Assembly (NCBI GenBank): GCA_951406725.2
Contig: OX597826.1
Location: 67,084,001 to 67,148,000 of the forward strand
DNA length: 64,000 bases
From: Octopus vulgaris
Lineage: Eukaryota
Direction of reading: 5' to 3'
The notes beneath the pieces were generated by a model. It did no database searches and had not been told where the DNA came from. It saw only the letters and a program-made list of their open reading frames with translations. Positions 1 through 13,395 of this stretch are shown here, one piece after another (position 1 is the stretch's first letter; each line of letters starts with the position of its first letter). Position numbers and translations under genes: made by a program.

Positions 1-869
<869 letters not shown>

Positions 870-870
<1 letters not shown>

Positions 871-1020
871 TACGTGACGTGTGGTGCCAAACTATGTATT
901 TGGTTTTGCGAGCGTGTAGAATTTCCAGTTGTCAGAAGCGTCCACGAGCGTTCCAATGGCCGGTCACGTGACTACCGACGGAAACTGGATATCTGGAGTT
1001 GGTGGCGTCTGACGGAACTG
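870..1020. promoter_or_regulatory. Candidate promoter/enhancer island (CCAAT box + GTCACGTGAC E-box)
   Basis: CpG-containing unique stretch; CCAAT 953-957, palindrome GTCACGTGAC 963-972, TGACGT near 876, CGGAA motifs. Confidence 0.3.
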
Positions 1021-1074
1021 CATTGATCGAAATTATCATAACTGGGAGTAGAACAGGCCTAGGGTAATATTGAC

Positions 1075-1320
<246 letters not shown>

Positions 1321-1474
1321 CGATAATAAAAATAATATTAATAATAGATTCTTTGATGCAGTCTGTTAGTATTTGCAGCAGTGAAATTGGAAGCGGTTCC
1401 GTATTGACAAATGCGGCCATATTTGTTATAAAAAGAAAGAAAGAAAGAAAGAAAGAAAAAAAACGGTAAATTCT

Positions 1475-2335
1475 TATGGAATCACCCTTCCAGACAACAA
1501 GGCAATAAAATCGGTGAAGGAGAGTGAAGGATATAAATATTTTGGTGGTGGTGGTTGTGGTGTTGGCGGCGGCGGCGGCGGCGGTTGGGAGTGTAAGCGT
1601 CGATTTCTTGTGATGGAACTGTTGCTAGTTTTCTGATGAAGGAAGACAGACTAAAAATGTAAGACAGAAATTTTTGGAGGGAAAAGTTACAAGAGGAGCA
1701 ACTGGGAAGATTGTAGAAACAATATCATTAAAGGAATGAACACTTGGTCGAAAACCAATATTGAGATACTCGGCAGCGTTCTTTCATTGGGCAATAACAA
1801 AATAATGCTGATAAAAAAATGGTTTGATGCGGTAGAGAAATTGTTAACAATACTTAAACACTGGGTTAGATCTACGAAACAGTGTTTGTAAATAGTATGA
1901 AGCAATATAAGAAGGAAGCAGTGGGCTACTCAATGTAACAGATACAGTACATTTAGCAATTGTTGGACTAGAGAGGTGTGTAAGGAAACGTGAGGAGATG
2001 GTTTTATGTGTAGCCGGCACGATCAATATTAAGACAGGAGACAGAGAGGAAAGGAAAAAGACACAGATTGAAGCAGGGAAAGAAGGATTACAAACGAAAT
2101 GATAAAGGATACGATGGGATATTGAACGGGAAAGAAGAACAAAACGAATATCACTGAAAATAAGTGTTTTATGAACAGTTTGTCAAGATTTGCATGAGAG
2201 AAGAGGAACAAACAGTGGCGGGTGTAGCGGAAAGATGGAGGACTAAAGAGGTGGAAAGAGAATTCCTGGTCATGGATGCACGAGAATAAGCGATTAGAAG
2301 AAATGTTGTTAAAATAGAAATATACAGAAAACAAT
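1475..2335 (+). mobile_element. Decayed R4/Dong-clade (RLE) non-LTR retrotransposon fragment, post-RT region
   Basis: Frameshifted peptides GITLPDNKAIKSVKESEGYKYFG, NIIKGMNTW, ILRYSAAFFHW, GSSGLLNVTDTVHLAIVGLERCVRKREE resemble the R4/Dong thumb region. Confidence 0.75.
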
Positions 2336-2710
2336 GAGATAGTTGTTGTTGTTCATGTTGTTGTTACTCTTGTAGGATCCAGATCAATCCTGATTGAGTA
2401 GACCTTTTATGAACAAAGACGTTCTGGCTGCGCCGTGTAGTTTTATATTTTAGAATGCAACTGGTAATACAACTTTCCACTTGTATTACGTAGTTCGGGG
2501 TTCAATTCCGATGGCCTTCACCATGCGTGAGTATCTTCCGCCATTATCAGTTTGAACAGAGCGTTTTGGGTGACATTTGGTAGAGAGAACCAATGAGAAG
2601 GGCCGTAATTCGTATCCTGGGAGCTAAATGTAATCTGATACCAGGGTTAATATCAACACTTACCGGTCCTCATAAGCATCCAAATTATCATAATCGAAAT
2701 TATCACCACC

Positions 2711-2797
<87 letters not shown>

Positions 2798-2832
2798 TTA
2801 CTACTACTACTATTACTACTACTACTACATAG

Positions 2833-3035
2833 ATTTACTTTTTACTTGTTCCAGTTATTAGACTGCGGCCATTCTGGGGCACAACCTTGAAGAATTTTTT
2901 TTCTTAGCCGAATGAATCGACCACGAATACCTAATTTTGTTAAACCTGGTACTTATTCTATCGGTACCTTTTACCGAATTCCTAGGTTACGAGGATGTAA
3001 ACACACAAACACCGGTTGTGAAGCGGTGGTGGACA
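2833..3035 (-). mobile_element. SINE family A, 3' half
   Basis: Matches reverse complement of family A tail (compare 23557-23750). Confidence 0.8.
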
Positions 3036-3133
3036 AATAAAAATAAAAGCACACATACACACATATAGATATACATACATACGTATACATGCACACATAT
3101 ATGTGTATACACACATGCACACACACACACACG

Positions 3134-3175
<42 letters not shown>

Positions 3176-3315
3176 CAGAGAGAGAGAGAGAGGGGGATCA
3201 AAACAGTTTGATTCAGAATCCTTAGTACTCTCAGTTTCAAGCGTGTGACTAGTCTTCGGCTATTGGGGTCTGATTGAGAGTTCGATTGAAAGGAGTCAAT
3301 GATTACTACAGGAAG

Positions 3316-3380
<65 letters not shown>

Positions 3381-3385
<5 letters not shown>

Positions 3386-3508
3386 GGTTGGTGCATAATT
3401 ATTGCGGCTTTATTTTTCAATAAATTTTATTCAACAAAAACAATAACAACATTTAACAAATACATCTTTAAATGATTATTCCGGAGCATATTCACCACCT
3501 ACTTCAAT
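3381..3508 (-). mobile_element. Mariner 3' end with TIR
   Basis: TA followed by TCGGGTTGGTGCATAATTATTGCGG (Hsmar1-like TIR); minus strand ends IEVGGEYAPE*. Confidence 0.7.
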
Positions 3509-3804
3509 CCCTGCCTGGTTGGTCTGGGACTGTAGCAGAAGACGTGCCAAAAGTGTTAGGAAGCAAACTTCTTACCACGCAGTTACTTTGTGCGACGCTC
3601 TCAATATTTTCCTACAGACACGGATGTGATCCGAATAATATTGTTAAAGTTTAACTGGTACCACAAACAGAAGCTAAAAATAAAAGACCAATGCAGTGGG
3701 CAAAACAGCTAATAGAAGAGAGAGAGAGAGAGAGAGAGAGAGTAAGAGAGGGAGAGATAGAAAGAGAGAGAAAGATATGCTTAAATTTTTTTAATGTATC
3801 ATAT

Positions 3805-4219
3805 TTCTTTATTACCCACAAAAGGCTTAACATAGAGGGGACAAACAAGGACAGACAAAGGGATTAAGCCGATTACATCGACACCAGTGCGAAACTGGTA
3901 CTTTATTTAACGACCCCGAAAGGATGAAAGGCAAAGTCGACTTCGGCGGAATTTGAACTCAGAACGTAACGGCAGACGAAATACCTATTTCTTTATTACC
4001 CACAAGGGGCTAAGCACAGAGAGGACAAACAAGGAAAGACAAAGGGATTAAATCGATTACATCGACCCCAGTGCGAAACTGGTACTTTATTTAACGACCC
4101 CGAAAGGATGAAAGGCAAAGTCGACCTCGGCGGAATTTGAGCTCAGAACGTAACGGCAGACGAAATACCGCTAAGCGTTTCGCTCGGCATGCTAACGTTT
4201 CTACCAGCTCGCCGCCTTC
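3805..4219 (-). mobile_element. SINE family B dimer (Meta/MESC-like core)
   Basis: Two ~180-bp units containing GCCTTTCATCCTTTCGGGGTCG; TSD AATG(T/A)ATCATAT at 3793-3804 and 4220-4231. Confidence 0.9.
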
Positions 4220-5365
4220 AATGAATCATATGAATTTAATGATTCCCAACTTTGGTGTTTTGTCCGACAACTATGATACTCATCTCTTCCTTCAGCCGAT
4301 ATTTTAATTCACTCCTCTCCCTCTCTCATCTACGCACACTATGATGGTATAACATGTTATTTTCAACTGACCCCTCTAAAGAACAATAGTCTAAAGCAGT
4401 ATGTAACGTATTGGCTTGGCATTTTATCTATAGCGATAATGGCTGATCAACCAGACACATACAATCTCTTGCCCTTTTTAGTTTTTCACACCTACCTTCC
4501 CATCATTATTCCTCGACATCCACAACCATATACATTCAAACGCACACACATACAAACATACACGTGCACGCACATACACATACTTCCTTACATATATATA
4601 CATGAAGCACTACACACTCGTTTGCAGAGGTGTTTTGGACCTGTTGCAAATGACATTTACGATGCTGATAATTAGAACCAAGCTATCCTTGATTGAGCAG
4701 ACAAATGATCAAAGACGTTCTTGACATGATTATCTCGTCTTTCTTTCTTTCTTCCTTCCTTCCTTTCTTTCTTTCTTTTCTTTCCTTTCCTTTCTTTCTT
4801 TCTTTCTTTCTTTCTTTTTTTCTTTCTTTTATATCAGGGACCATTTCATTCTGCCCTTTTATGGCAGCAGAAAGTGATTCGAGGGAGATGTAACTGCTAA
4901 GTCTACGAGCAAACGCGAGCTTTTTCATTGGCTGAAAAGGACCACGCAGAGAAGTTTTAGCCCTTAGCCGACTCTGATTTAGGTCACTTCTAATCAAATG
5001 CAATCCAGTTATGATCACCCTGTTCTTACTTCCGGGTATAATATATCCCAAATTACATAACTCACTACGCCTCAATTTAAAGCCGTAGGAAGAGACTTGA
5101 GGGAAATTTAGTTATTATTTCTAGCATGTTCAGAGATCCCATCCGCAGAGACTGTGCCGTTGCATGGAAGGCTCTGTATGTAAACAAAAGAGAAAAACCC
5201 CCCACAAAAAACGACAGAAAAGAGAAGTTGGGACTTTCATACTTTCCCCGTTCTATCAACGATGGAACGAAACTGGGTCTCGTAAACCATCGATTCGGAT
5301 TTTTATCGCTTACACTGGGCAGGATTAACCACTGGGCGACATTAATACTGCTGTAACTACTACTA

Positions 5366-5428
<63 letters not shown>

Positions 5429-5755
5429 TGATGTTTCCGCTGTGGAAGGTTGTTCCAGTTATTTATGTTCTTGATATTCTTTTTTATCATCCCGGCGCCG
5501 CTGCTGCTGCTGCTGGTAATATTGTTGTTGTTGCTGCTCCAGATATTGCTGTTGTTAAGATTGCATTTCTTGTTTTCATTGATTCCTCTACATTTCCCCC
5601 TCACCCCCGCCTTCCCTGCCATTTCAGCCGTTCCATATTTTGTGATATATGGGCATGTTTTGTTAAAGTGAACAAAACTCTATTTGGGACACTTCAGATA
5701 GAACATGACTCATAACAGTTTTTTTTTAGCCCTAGGACAGTTTCGATCATTCCTA

Positions 5756-5897
5756 TATAAGGGAGTGCTGAGGAAAGTTCCTGGATTTAAGGGTGTCGTG
5801 AAAGGCCTGGTTAGAGCTCCAACCTTCCGAGTTCTTTTACAGACCTTAGAAAAAGGCTGCAATACGTGTGTGAGTCTGAGAGAGGGGAATATGTTGC
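5756..5897 (+). mobile_element. Mariner-derived MITE fragment
   Basis: TIR-like AGGGAGTGCTGAGGAAAGTTCCTGG; homologous in reverse to 29141-29362. Confidence 0.6.
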
Positions 5898-5992
5898 GTG
5901 ACACCTGCGGCAAGGTCTTCCCATTATAGCCTCGGGCCGACCAAAGCCTTCTGAGTGGATTTAATAGACGGAAACTGAACGAAGCCTGTCTG
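5898..5992 (+). mobile_element. SINE family A fragment
   Basis: TATAGCCTCGGGCCGACCAAAGCCTT...GACGGAAACTGAA. Confidence 0.8.
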
Positions 5993-6043
<51 letters not shown>

Positions 6044-6095
6044 GTGTGCCTGTCTATCTGCCTGTCTGTATGTCTGCCTGTCTCTTTCACTTTTT

Positions 6096-6126
<31 letters not shown>

Positions 6127-6160
6127 ATCGATCTAACTACCTACCTACTTACCTACCTAC

Positions 6161-6247
<87 letters not shown>

Positions 6248-6670
6248 AATCCATCCATCCATCTATCTATCTACTTATCTATCTATTTATCTATCACATC
6301 CCAGCCGAGCTGCAGCAATTTTTGTCTGGTTCCCAAAGCATCAAGTGCCGAAAATGAACTTTATTAATTTTCCATTTTAAAGGGTTAGAGAATTAACACA
6401 GATTATAGGAACATAGACCTTCTTCCACGAAAAGATAGCTTAAACTGTGCTCTAAATGGAGGAGTAGTCAAATCCTATTTTATGGACTCAAACATGTTCT
6501 AAAATAAGTCGAAAAGTAAGCTACTATAAATCGACACGAACTTTCCGGTCAACACAATATAAAGATCCATCAAATTTCTTGGTTCATACATAAAATGGCA
6601 AAATGAACTTTAATTTTGAAATGAATAATAATTTTTATCCTAAAATCCTGTGTATGTGTGACTATATACA

Positions 6671-6735
<65 letters not shown>

Positions 6736-6782
6736 GTATGTATATTTATTCTCCCTCTGGCTTACTCTCCCTCTCTCTCTCT

Positions 6783-6910
6783 TTCTCTGTTGAAGAGCAA
6801 GAGCGTAGGCCCGAAACATAAAAGACTATCTCACTTTCCCAAGCGTCAAACTAATACAACTGCTTGTTGTTTATACACCTGTCTTCGTCCTTTGTTTTTC
6901 TGTAAATTTC
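6783..6910 (+). mobile_element. Penelope-like terminal-repeat fragment with hammerhead-like motif
   Basis: GAAGAGC...GTAGGCCCGAAAC; homologous to 14715 and 27817 copies. Confidence 0.6.
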
Positions 6911-6948
6911 ATACACACACACACACACACACTACACACACACACACT

Positions 6949-6988
<40 letters not shown>

Positions 6989-6995
6989 GTATTTG

Positions 6996-7053
<58 letters not shown>

Positions 7054-7646
7054 CATGCATCCATAAACACACACACATATATGTCTGTGCGTGTGGGTGT
7101 ATGCGTATGGGTGCTTGTACGTACACATGTATATCTGTGTGAATGTATGTGTATGTGTATATGTGTGCATTTGTATATGCGAGTTTATGCATATATATTT
7201 GTGTGCGTCCACATTTACGCACTCAAACACATACACATGCAGTGACACATATACTTCTGAGCTTATTTGTATCTAATTCTTACTTTAGCTTATACGAACA
7301 CATTTATCTCTCTTAAACATTTCATACTAACATATTCAGATCTGTGTTCATTCGTCTGTTTAAAACTTGCCATTGTTTTACATGTCGAACTGATTAAACA
7401 GCTTTTCAATAGAGGATTCTCGTCTTTATCACAACATTTTTATTGTTTTTCAAATATCTTTTAAAATATGATATGCTTTACTTTCTTTCACAATTTGATT
7501 ATAATTGACTATTTCTCCTTCACTGTCAGCCTCTGTATCTATCACTCTATTCTCTATTCTCTGTTTCCTCAAACAACCACATACTATTTCCCCCCTCTCT
7601 CTCTCTCTCCCTCCCCTTTAAATCTGAACTTTGTAATATAACATAT

Positions 7647-8032
7647 CTTGGAAGCACTCCGTCGGTTACGACGACGAGGGTTCCGGTTGATCCGCTCAAC
7701 AGAACAGCCTGCTCGTGAAATTAACGTGTAAGTGGCTGAGCACTCCACAGACACGTGTACCCTTAAAGGTAGTTCCCGGGGATATTCAGCGTGACACAGA
7801 GAGTGACAAGGTCGGCCCTTTGAAATACAGGTACAACAGAAACAGGAAGTAAGAGTGAGAGAAAATTGTGGTGATGGAGTACAGCAGGGATCACCACCAT
7901 CCCTGCCGGAGCCTCGTGGAGCTTTAGGTGTTTTCGCTCAATAAACACTCACAATGCCCGGTCTGGGAATCGAAACCGTGATCCTACGACCGCGAGTCCG
8001 CTGCCCTAACCACTGGGCCATTGCGCCTCCAC
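7647..8032 (-). mobile_element. SINE family C1, full length, tRNA-derived head
   Basis: A box TGGCCCAGTGG, B box GGTTTCGATTCC; TSD ATATAACATAT at 7636-7646 and 8033-8043; homologous to 26718-27099. Confidence 0.92.
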
Positions 8033-8437
8033 ATATAACATATATATCTACTATATTCCTCTACATTTTATACTGTTTAAGCTGGTGTGTTTTCATTCGT
8101 CGCTATTTCGACTGATACATACATTTTCTCTTAGCCACCAGTGTCTTCATAAGTGTGTCACCTCTCCCTGTGGGTTTGTATCTGGTAAACATTCTTTACT
8201 CATTGTCTGCCACGAAACTATGTAGGATACTCATCCGGCACCTCTTGGATAAACTCTGTATTTCTCTCTGCCCTCATCTCGCACTTCTCTATAAAATGTC
8301 ATCAATCAAGCTATCATGCAGACAACATTTATCCCGGCTACTATGTATGTATGTATGTATGTATGTATGTATGTATGTATGTATGTATGTATGTATGTAT
8401 GTATGTATGTGTATATATGTCAGTATGCGTGCATGTA

Positions 8438-8469
<32 letters not shown>

Positions 8470-8634
8470 GTTTATACATACACACACATACAATCCCCCC
8501 ACACATATATATAGGCACACACTATATATATATATTTTTTTTTTTACACACACACACATACAAGTATAAATGGACTTTTAGAATAAAATATACCTGTGTA
8601 TGTACTCTCTATTCAGCTATAATTCATTCATTGA

Positions 8635-8755
8635 CTGACTGATTGACTCATCACTCAGTCACTCAGTCACTCACTCACTCACGTATTCACTCACTCTCTT
8701 ACCCACTGACTTATTCACTCACTCACCCACTCACACACTCACTCACTCATTCAAT
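8635..8755. repeat. Degenerate (ACTC)n tetranucleotide repeat
   Basis: Direct reading. Confidence 0.85.
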
Positions 8756-9448
8756 ATATCTATCCAACTCTCTTACCTTATACATATCTCTACACATCTA
8801 CTTGAAGATAGTTTTTACATATTTAAATTTGTCCGTTTAGAGGATACATTTGCATATTGCATTTCAGCTGCTCATTTTTTTTCCGTTTCCTTTTCATTTT
8901 TTGTTTTTTTGTCTGTAAACTTCAGCTTTTCGACCAACTACTAAAATCTTATGTAAAAATTACTTCATAAAAATACGACAAAGAAGATGATGAGAAAATT
9001 ATGCGGTGCCCCGCCGATAAAATATGTAATTTGAGTTATTGATGTGTTACACCGTGAACAGAGATAATAACTTAAAGGTGAAAGCGTAAAATGGTAGACG
9101 ACGAAACATGGACTGCTTCACAGAGCCAAAGTCATATTCAAGTGTCTCATTGATTATAAGTAAAAATTTAAATTTATAATCTAGAGGGAAATGCAGTTGC
9201 TTCGAAACATTACTTCAGAATTATTGTTTTTTTCTTACTGACTTTTCAATATACTGTAACTGAATGTAATGTTTAATATTTTGACTGAAAGAACATTATT
9301 TGGATGGTTATGGTTCACCGATACAGGTTTAAGAAAACTGCCTGGTTTGTGAAGACTACATCGGCGACATGTTGAAGTAAACAAGAAGCAATATGTATAA
9401 GAATAAGAATTCGATTCAACAATCAGTAGAAAGTCTTAAGTGTGAGTG

Positions 9449-9544
9449 AATGTTTAACATCATTTACAAAGTTATGGACCCTACGACTATATATATATAT
9501 ATATAGTCGTAGGATCTATAACTTTGTAGACGATGGTAAACATT
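9449..9544. repeat. Inverted repeat with 39-bp arms centred on (TA)n
   Basis: Arms 9449-9487 and 9506-9544, 5 mismatches by my count. Confidence 0.9.
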
Positions 9545-9570
9545 ATATATATATATATATATATATATAT

Positions 9571-9866
9571 CACTTGATCACTTGACCGACCAAGCCATCA
9601 GATGTGGCTACACATCGCTGGTCACAATGCGTTTCGCATCGTTTTAGCCTTCATTGACGCCACCCCGCTGGCTAAGCGAGCAGGCCAACAGAAGAAAGAG
9701 TGAGAGTAAGTTGTGGTGAAAGAGTACAGCAGGGATCACCCCCTCCCCCGCCGGAGACTCGTAAAGATTTAGGTGTTTTCGCTCAATAAACACTCACAAC
9801 GCCCGGTCTGTGAATCGAAACCCCGATCCTACGACCGCTGCCCTAACCACTGGGCCATTGCGCCTC

Positions 9867-9867
<1 letters not shown>
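9571..9867 (-). mobile_element. SINE family C2 (head shared with C1, different tail)
   Basis: Same tRNA head and body as 7647-8032 but tail ...GGCCTGCTCGCTTAGCCAGCGGGGTGGCGTC...; second copy at 22441. Confidence 0.9.
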
Positions 9868-9905
<38 letters not shown>

Positions 9906-9946
9906 GTGTGTATGTGTGTGTGTGTGTGTGTGTATGTGTGTGTGTA

Positions 9947-10195
9947 GGCGCGTGGCTTAGTGGTTAGGGTGTCAACATCATGATCGTAAGATTTTGGTTT
10001 CGATTCTTGGACCGGGCGAGGCGTTGTGTTCTTGAGCAAAACACTTAATTTCACGTTGCTCCAGTTCACTCAGCTGGCAAAAACGAGTAAAGCTGCGATG
10101 GACTGGCGTCTCGTCCAGCTGGGGAACACATACGCCATAGAAACCAGGAAACCGAGCTCATGAGCCTGGCAGGGCTTTAAAAGTGCGCATTTATT
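9947..10195 (+). mobile_element. SINE family D (tRNA head, CORE-like domain, V-like segment)
   Basis: A/B boxes; TGTTCTTGAGCAAAACACTT..GTTGCTCCAGTTCACTCAGCTG then CTGCGATGGACTGGCGTC. Confidence 0.8.
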
Positions 10196-10212
10196 ATATA
10201 TATATATATATA

Positions 10213-10840
10213 TGAATAAAAAATGGAGTTAACGCAGGTGTAAACAAATATTTTTACTTTCGACACATGTTTCGAAAATTCCACTGATACTATTCAAAAG
10301 AATAAATGGTATAAACAATGCAATTTTCTCTTCGGGAAAGTGAAAAAAACGAAACTCGTCAATACGACATTTTAGCAAAAAATGATGGATTTGTATAGCG
10401 ATAGACAGAACGCTATTAATATTGTTTAAAAAAACGTTATATGATATAACGTCATAAGTAGCTAACAGAAAGAGTAGGGATATTAATAGTGAATGTTAGA
10501 TATGAAGGAAATTAAAGTTTAAATTATATATAATGATAGAGACTACTTATATGCACTAAATGTATGTTTTTGCCAGTGCTTACATCTGTATGCTCGCTCT
10601 ATAACCGTATTTACTAGAGTATTTTTTAAAAAATAATGAAAAATAGCTCAGAATTGCAGAGAAGACAGAATTTCTTGCCTTTGTCATATGGTATTGAAAT
10701 TGAGAGGATCAACCATTCTAAATGAAATTGTTCATTGTGGTCTTTTAAATCCCAAATCAGTTTGCTGAGACCGGTACTATTTCGTTTATTTCTATCCCTA
10801 AATGTTGAGTAATGGATAGAAATTCTTTTAGATAATTCTC
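10213..10840 (-). mobile_element. Penelope-like element 3' part: GIY-YIG endonuclease C-terminus and 3' terminal region
   Basis: Minus frame ELSKRISIHYSTFRDRNKRNSTGLSKLIWDLKDHNEQFHLEWLILSISIPYDKGKKFCLLCNSELFFII..RCKHW. Confidence 0.85.
10256..10341 (-). ncRNA. Type I hammerhead ribozyme fold (U4C core variant)
   Basis: ACUUUC-CCGAAGA-GAAAAUU..loop..AAUUUUC-GAAAC-AUGU-GUC-GAAAGU: 6-bp stem I, 7-bp stem II, minimal stem III. Confidence 0.75.
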
Positions 10841-11073
10841 ATAATAACAAACTGTTAAATATTAATACGTTTACTAATACTAACATTAATTTAGCTAATA
10901 CCATCCAACCCTCTAGAAATATCAATAACAAGGTTATTGTAACTGAAGTCAATTCCAATAGAATTAAGTTTATGTCAAGTAACTCTAAGGTTAAAAATTC
11001 TATATACCAGTGTATATTCAGCACTCGTAATAAAGTACGATTTTACATTGGAAGCACATCGTTAGAGTTATCA
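10837..11073 (+). mobile_element. Penelope-like element, inverted 5' part: GIY-YIG N-terminus
   Basis: Open plus frame SHNNKLL...NSIYQCIFSTRNKVRFYIGSTSLELS. Confidence 0.8.
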
Positions 11074-11376
11074 AATATACGTTTGGCAAACCTATTTTGA
11101 AGAATCCGAAACCGGTACTGCATTATCCGTTTCTAGGTTTTTCATTTTTCAGATGTTCTTCCTAGAGGTAAGACAAGTTTTTTCATGTTTGTTGCACACA
11201 CGCATCTTTACTAGTACATACGCAGTGAAGCTATACATTAGCGTCGTATTTATTACGTTCGCTATTTTCCAGTAAATATCGGTGCTTCGTTGTACCATTT
11301 ATTTACTTTTATGTATAATTTTATCCTCACGGGCTATACTTTACCGGATAGCAATACTCTTGTATAGCATTACTAT

Positions 11377-11464
<88 letters not shown>

Positions 11465-11672
11465 ATATAGATAGATATATAAGACCAAAATAGAATGAAA
11501 AAAACTTCAGAACACTTGTATTATATGGTTAAAGAATACATTTATATGGTCATATTAGAAAAATGTTATAAAATTTTGTGTGTAGTGAGCGTCCTCACCC
11601 ATGCTCCCTCGTTCGCCGACAGCTGCCGTTCCGTTCTTTTATTCTATCACCCTCGCACAATCGGTATATATA

Positions 11673-12030
11673 GGCGCGGGAGTGGCTGTGTGCTTACCAA
11701 CCATAAACTTCCGGGCTCAGACCCACTGCGTGATATCTTGGGCAAGTGTCTTCTACTATAGCTTCCGGCCGACCAAAGCTTTGCGAGTGGATTTGGTAGA
11801 CGGAAACTGAAAGAAGACCGTGGCATATGTGTGTATGCATGTGTCTCCCCCACCATCGCTTGACAGCCGGTGATGGTGTGTTTACGTCCCCGTAACTTTG
11901 CGGTTCGGCAAAAGAGACCGATAAGAAAAGTACTAGGCTTACATACAATAAGTCGATTTGTTCGACTAAAGGCGGCGCTCCAACGTGGCCGCAGTCAAAC
12001 GACTGAAACAATTAAAGGAATAAAAGAAAA

Positions 12031-12031
<1 letters not shown>
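11673..12031 (+). mobile_element. SINE family A, near full length
   Basis: tRNA-like head, CORE-like CTTGGGCAAGTGTCTT, internal microsatellite, tail GGCCGCAGTCAAA..TGAAACAA. Confidence 0.92.
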
Positions 12032-12093
<62 letters not shown>

Positions 12094-12454
12094 CATATAG
12101 AGAGAGAGAGAGAGAGATTGATAGATAGCTACATACATATGTATATATACACAAACAAGACGTACGCAGGCACGCACACACACACATACACCTACACACA
12201 GAGACACACACATACAGATAAAAGTCCTAAAGTACAGAGGAAGAGAAAACATTTGGTTTATAAGGGTGAAACGAGTGCTTTCAAGAATTTGCAGAAAGAA
12301 AATGTCACTCACGAACTAGCACAGGTAAACCTACATATGAGTGTTTATGCATACCTTATACATAGACATGCATACACACACGCACACACACACACACACA
12401 CACACAGAGGCACACATACACTGGCACACAAACACACGTGTACATATTGTTTTT

Positions 12455-12610
12455 AATTCAAGCACAAAACCAGCAGTTTTAGCGAGAGGAGGTTACATGG
12501 CCTCCAGTATGTGACTGGTACTTCGGTTTATCGATCATGCAAAGATGAAACACAAAGTTGCACGCAAAGAGCCGGAACAAATACCTCGAGGCATTTTGTT
12601 CGACACTCTC
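12455..12610 (-). mobile_element. Degenerate SINE family B
   Basis: ACTGGTACTT..TTTATCGA..AAAGATGAAA..AAAGTTG. Confidence 0.55.
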
Positions 12611-12733
12611 AAGTTCCTCTCAATAAACTGCTTCTTAAATGTAAGCCCGTATGTGAGCCACATACATGTATGGGCATATATACATACATGTATACATATA
12701 TGCATGTGTGTATATAAATATATTGATGTATAA

Positions 12734-12849
<116 letters not shown>

Positions 12850-12946
12850 TTTGGAAATATCTCTATATCACGAGTACGTGACTCTGAGTCACACACCTAC
12901 TCACATACACCCAGACACACACAGAGACAGGGGTGAATAGTATATA

Positions 12947-13009
<63 letters not shown>

Positions 13010-13063
13010 GTATGTATATGTATATACATATATATATGTATATATATATGTATACATGTATAT

Positions 13064-13109
<46 letters not shown>

Positions 13110-13111
13110 GT

Positions 13112-13143
<32 letters not shown>

Positions 13144-13152
13144 ACATACGTG

Positions 13153-13189
<37 letters not shown>

Positions 13190-13381
13190 AGCATATACAT
13201 GTCTATTTATATGTACAAACGAGCGAGCACTCACTCCACACACGTATCCTCCCCGGTACAGATGTTCTATGTTGACGTAGCAGCGCAACTAAAGGCAATC
13301 TATCTAATTGAAGTCGGTTGGCTTTCTAGCACCAAACGCTCCCATTTATGTGTTTAGTCGCGAAAGTTCGTTTTAGGAATT

Positions 13382-13395
13382 GTCACCATGGCAAC
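13382..13395. promoter_or_regulatory. RFX X-box motif
   Basis: GTCACCATGGCAAC fits GTHNYYATRRNAAC, in a unique island between microsatellites. Confidence 0.35.

Noticed and set aside
5235-5275. YFPRSIND resembling a CR1-type LINE C-terminus
   Set aside because: Single short motif with no supporting flanks
7955-8032. tRNA-like sequences (also 9947, 22650, 26718)
   Set aside because: SINE heads continuing into body and tail, some with TSDs; no complete cloverleaf
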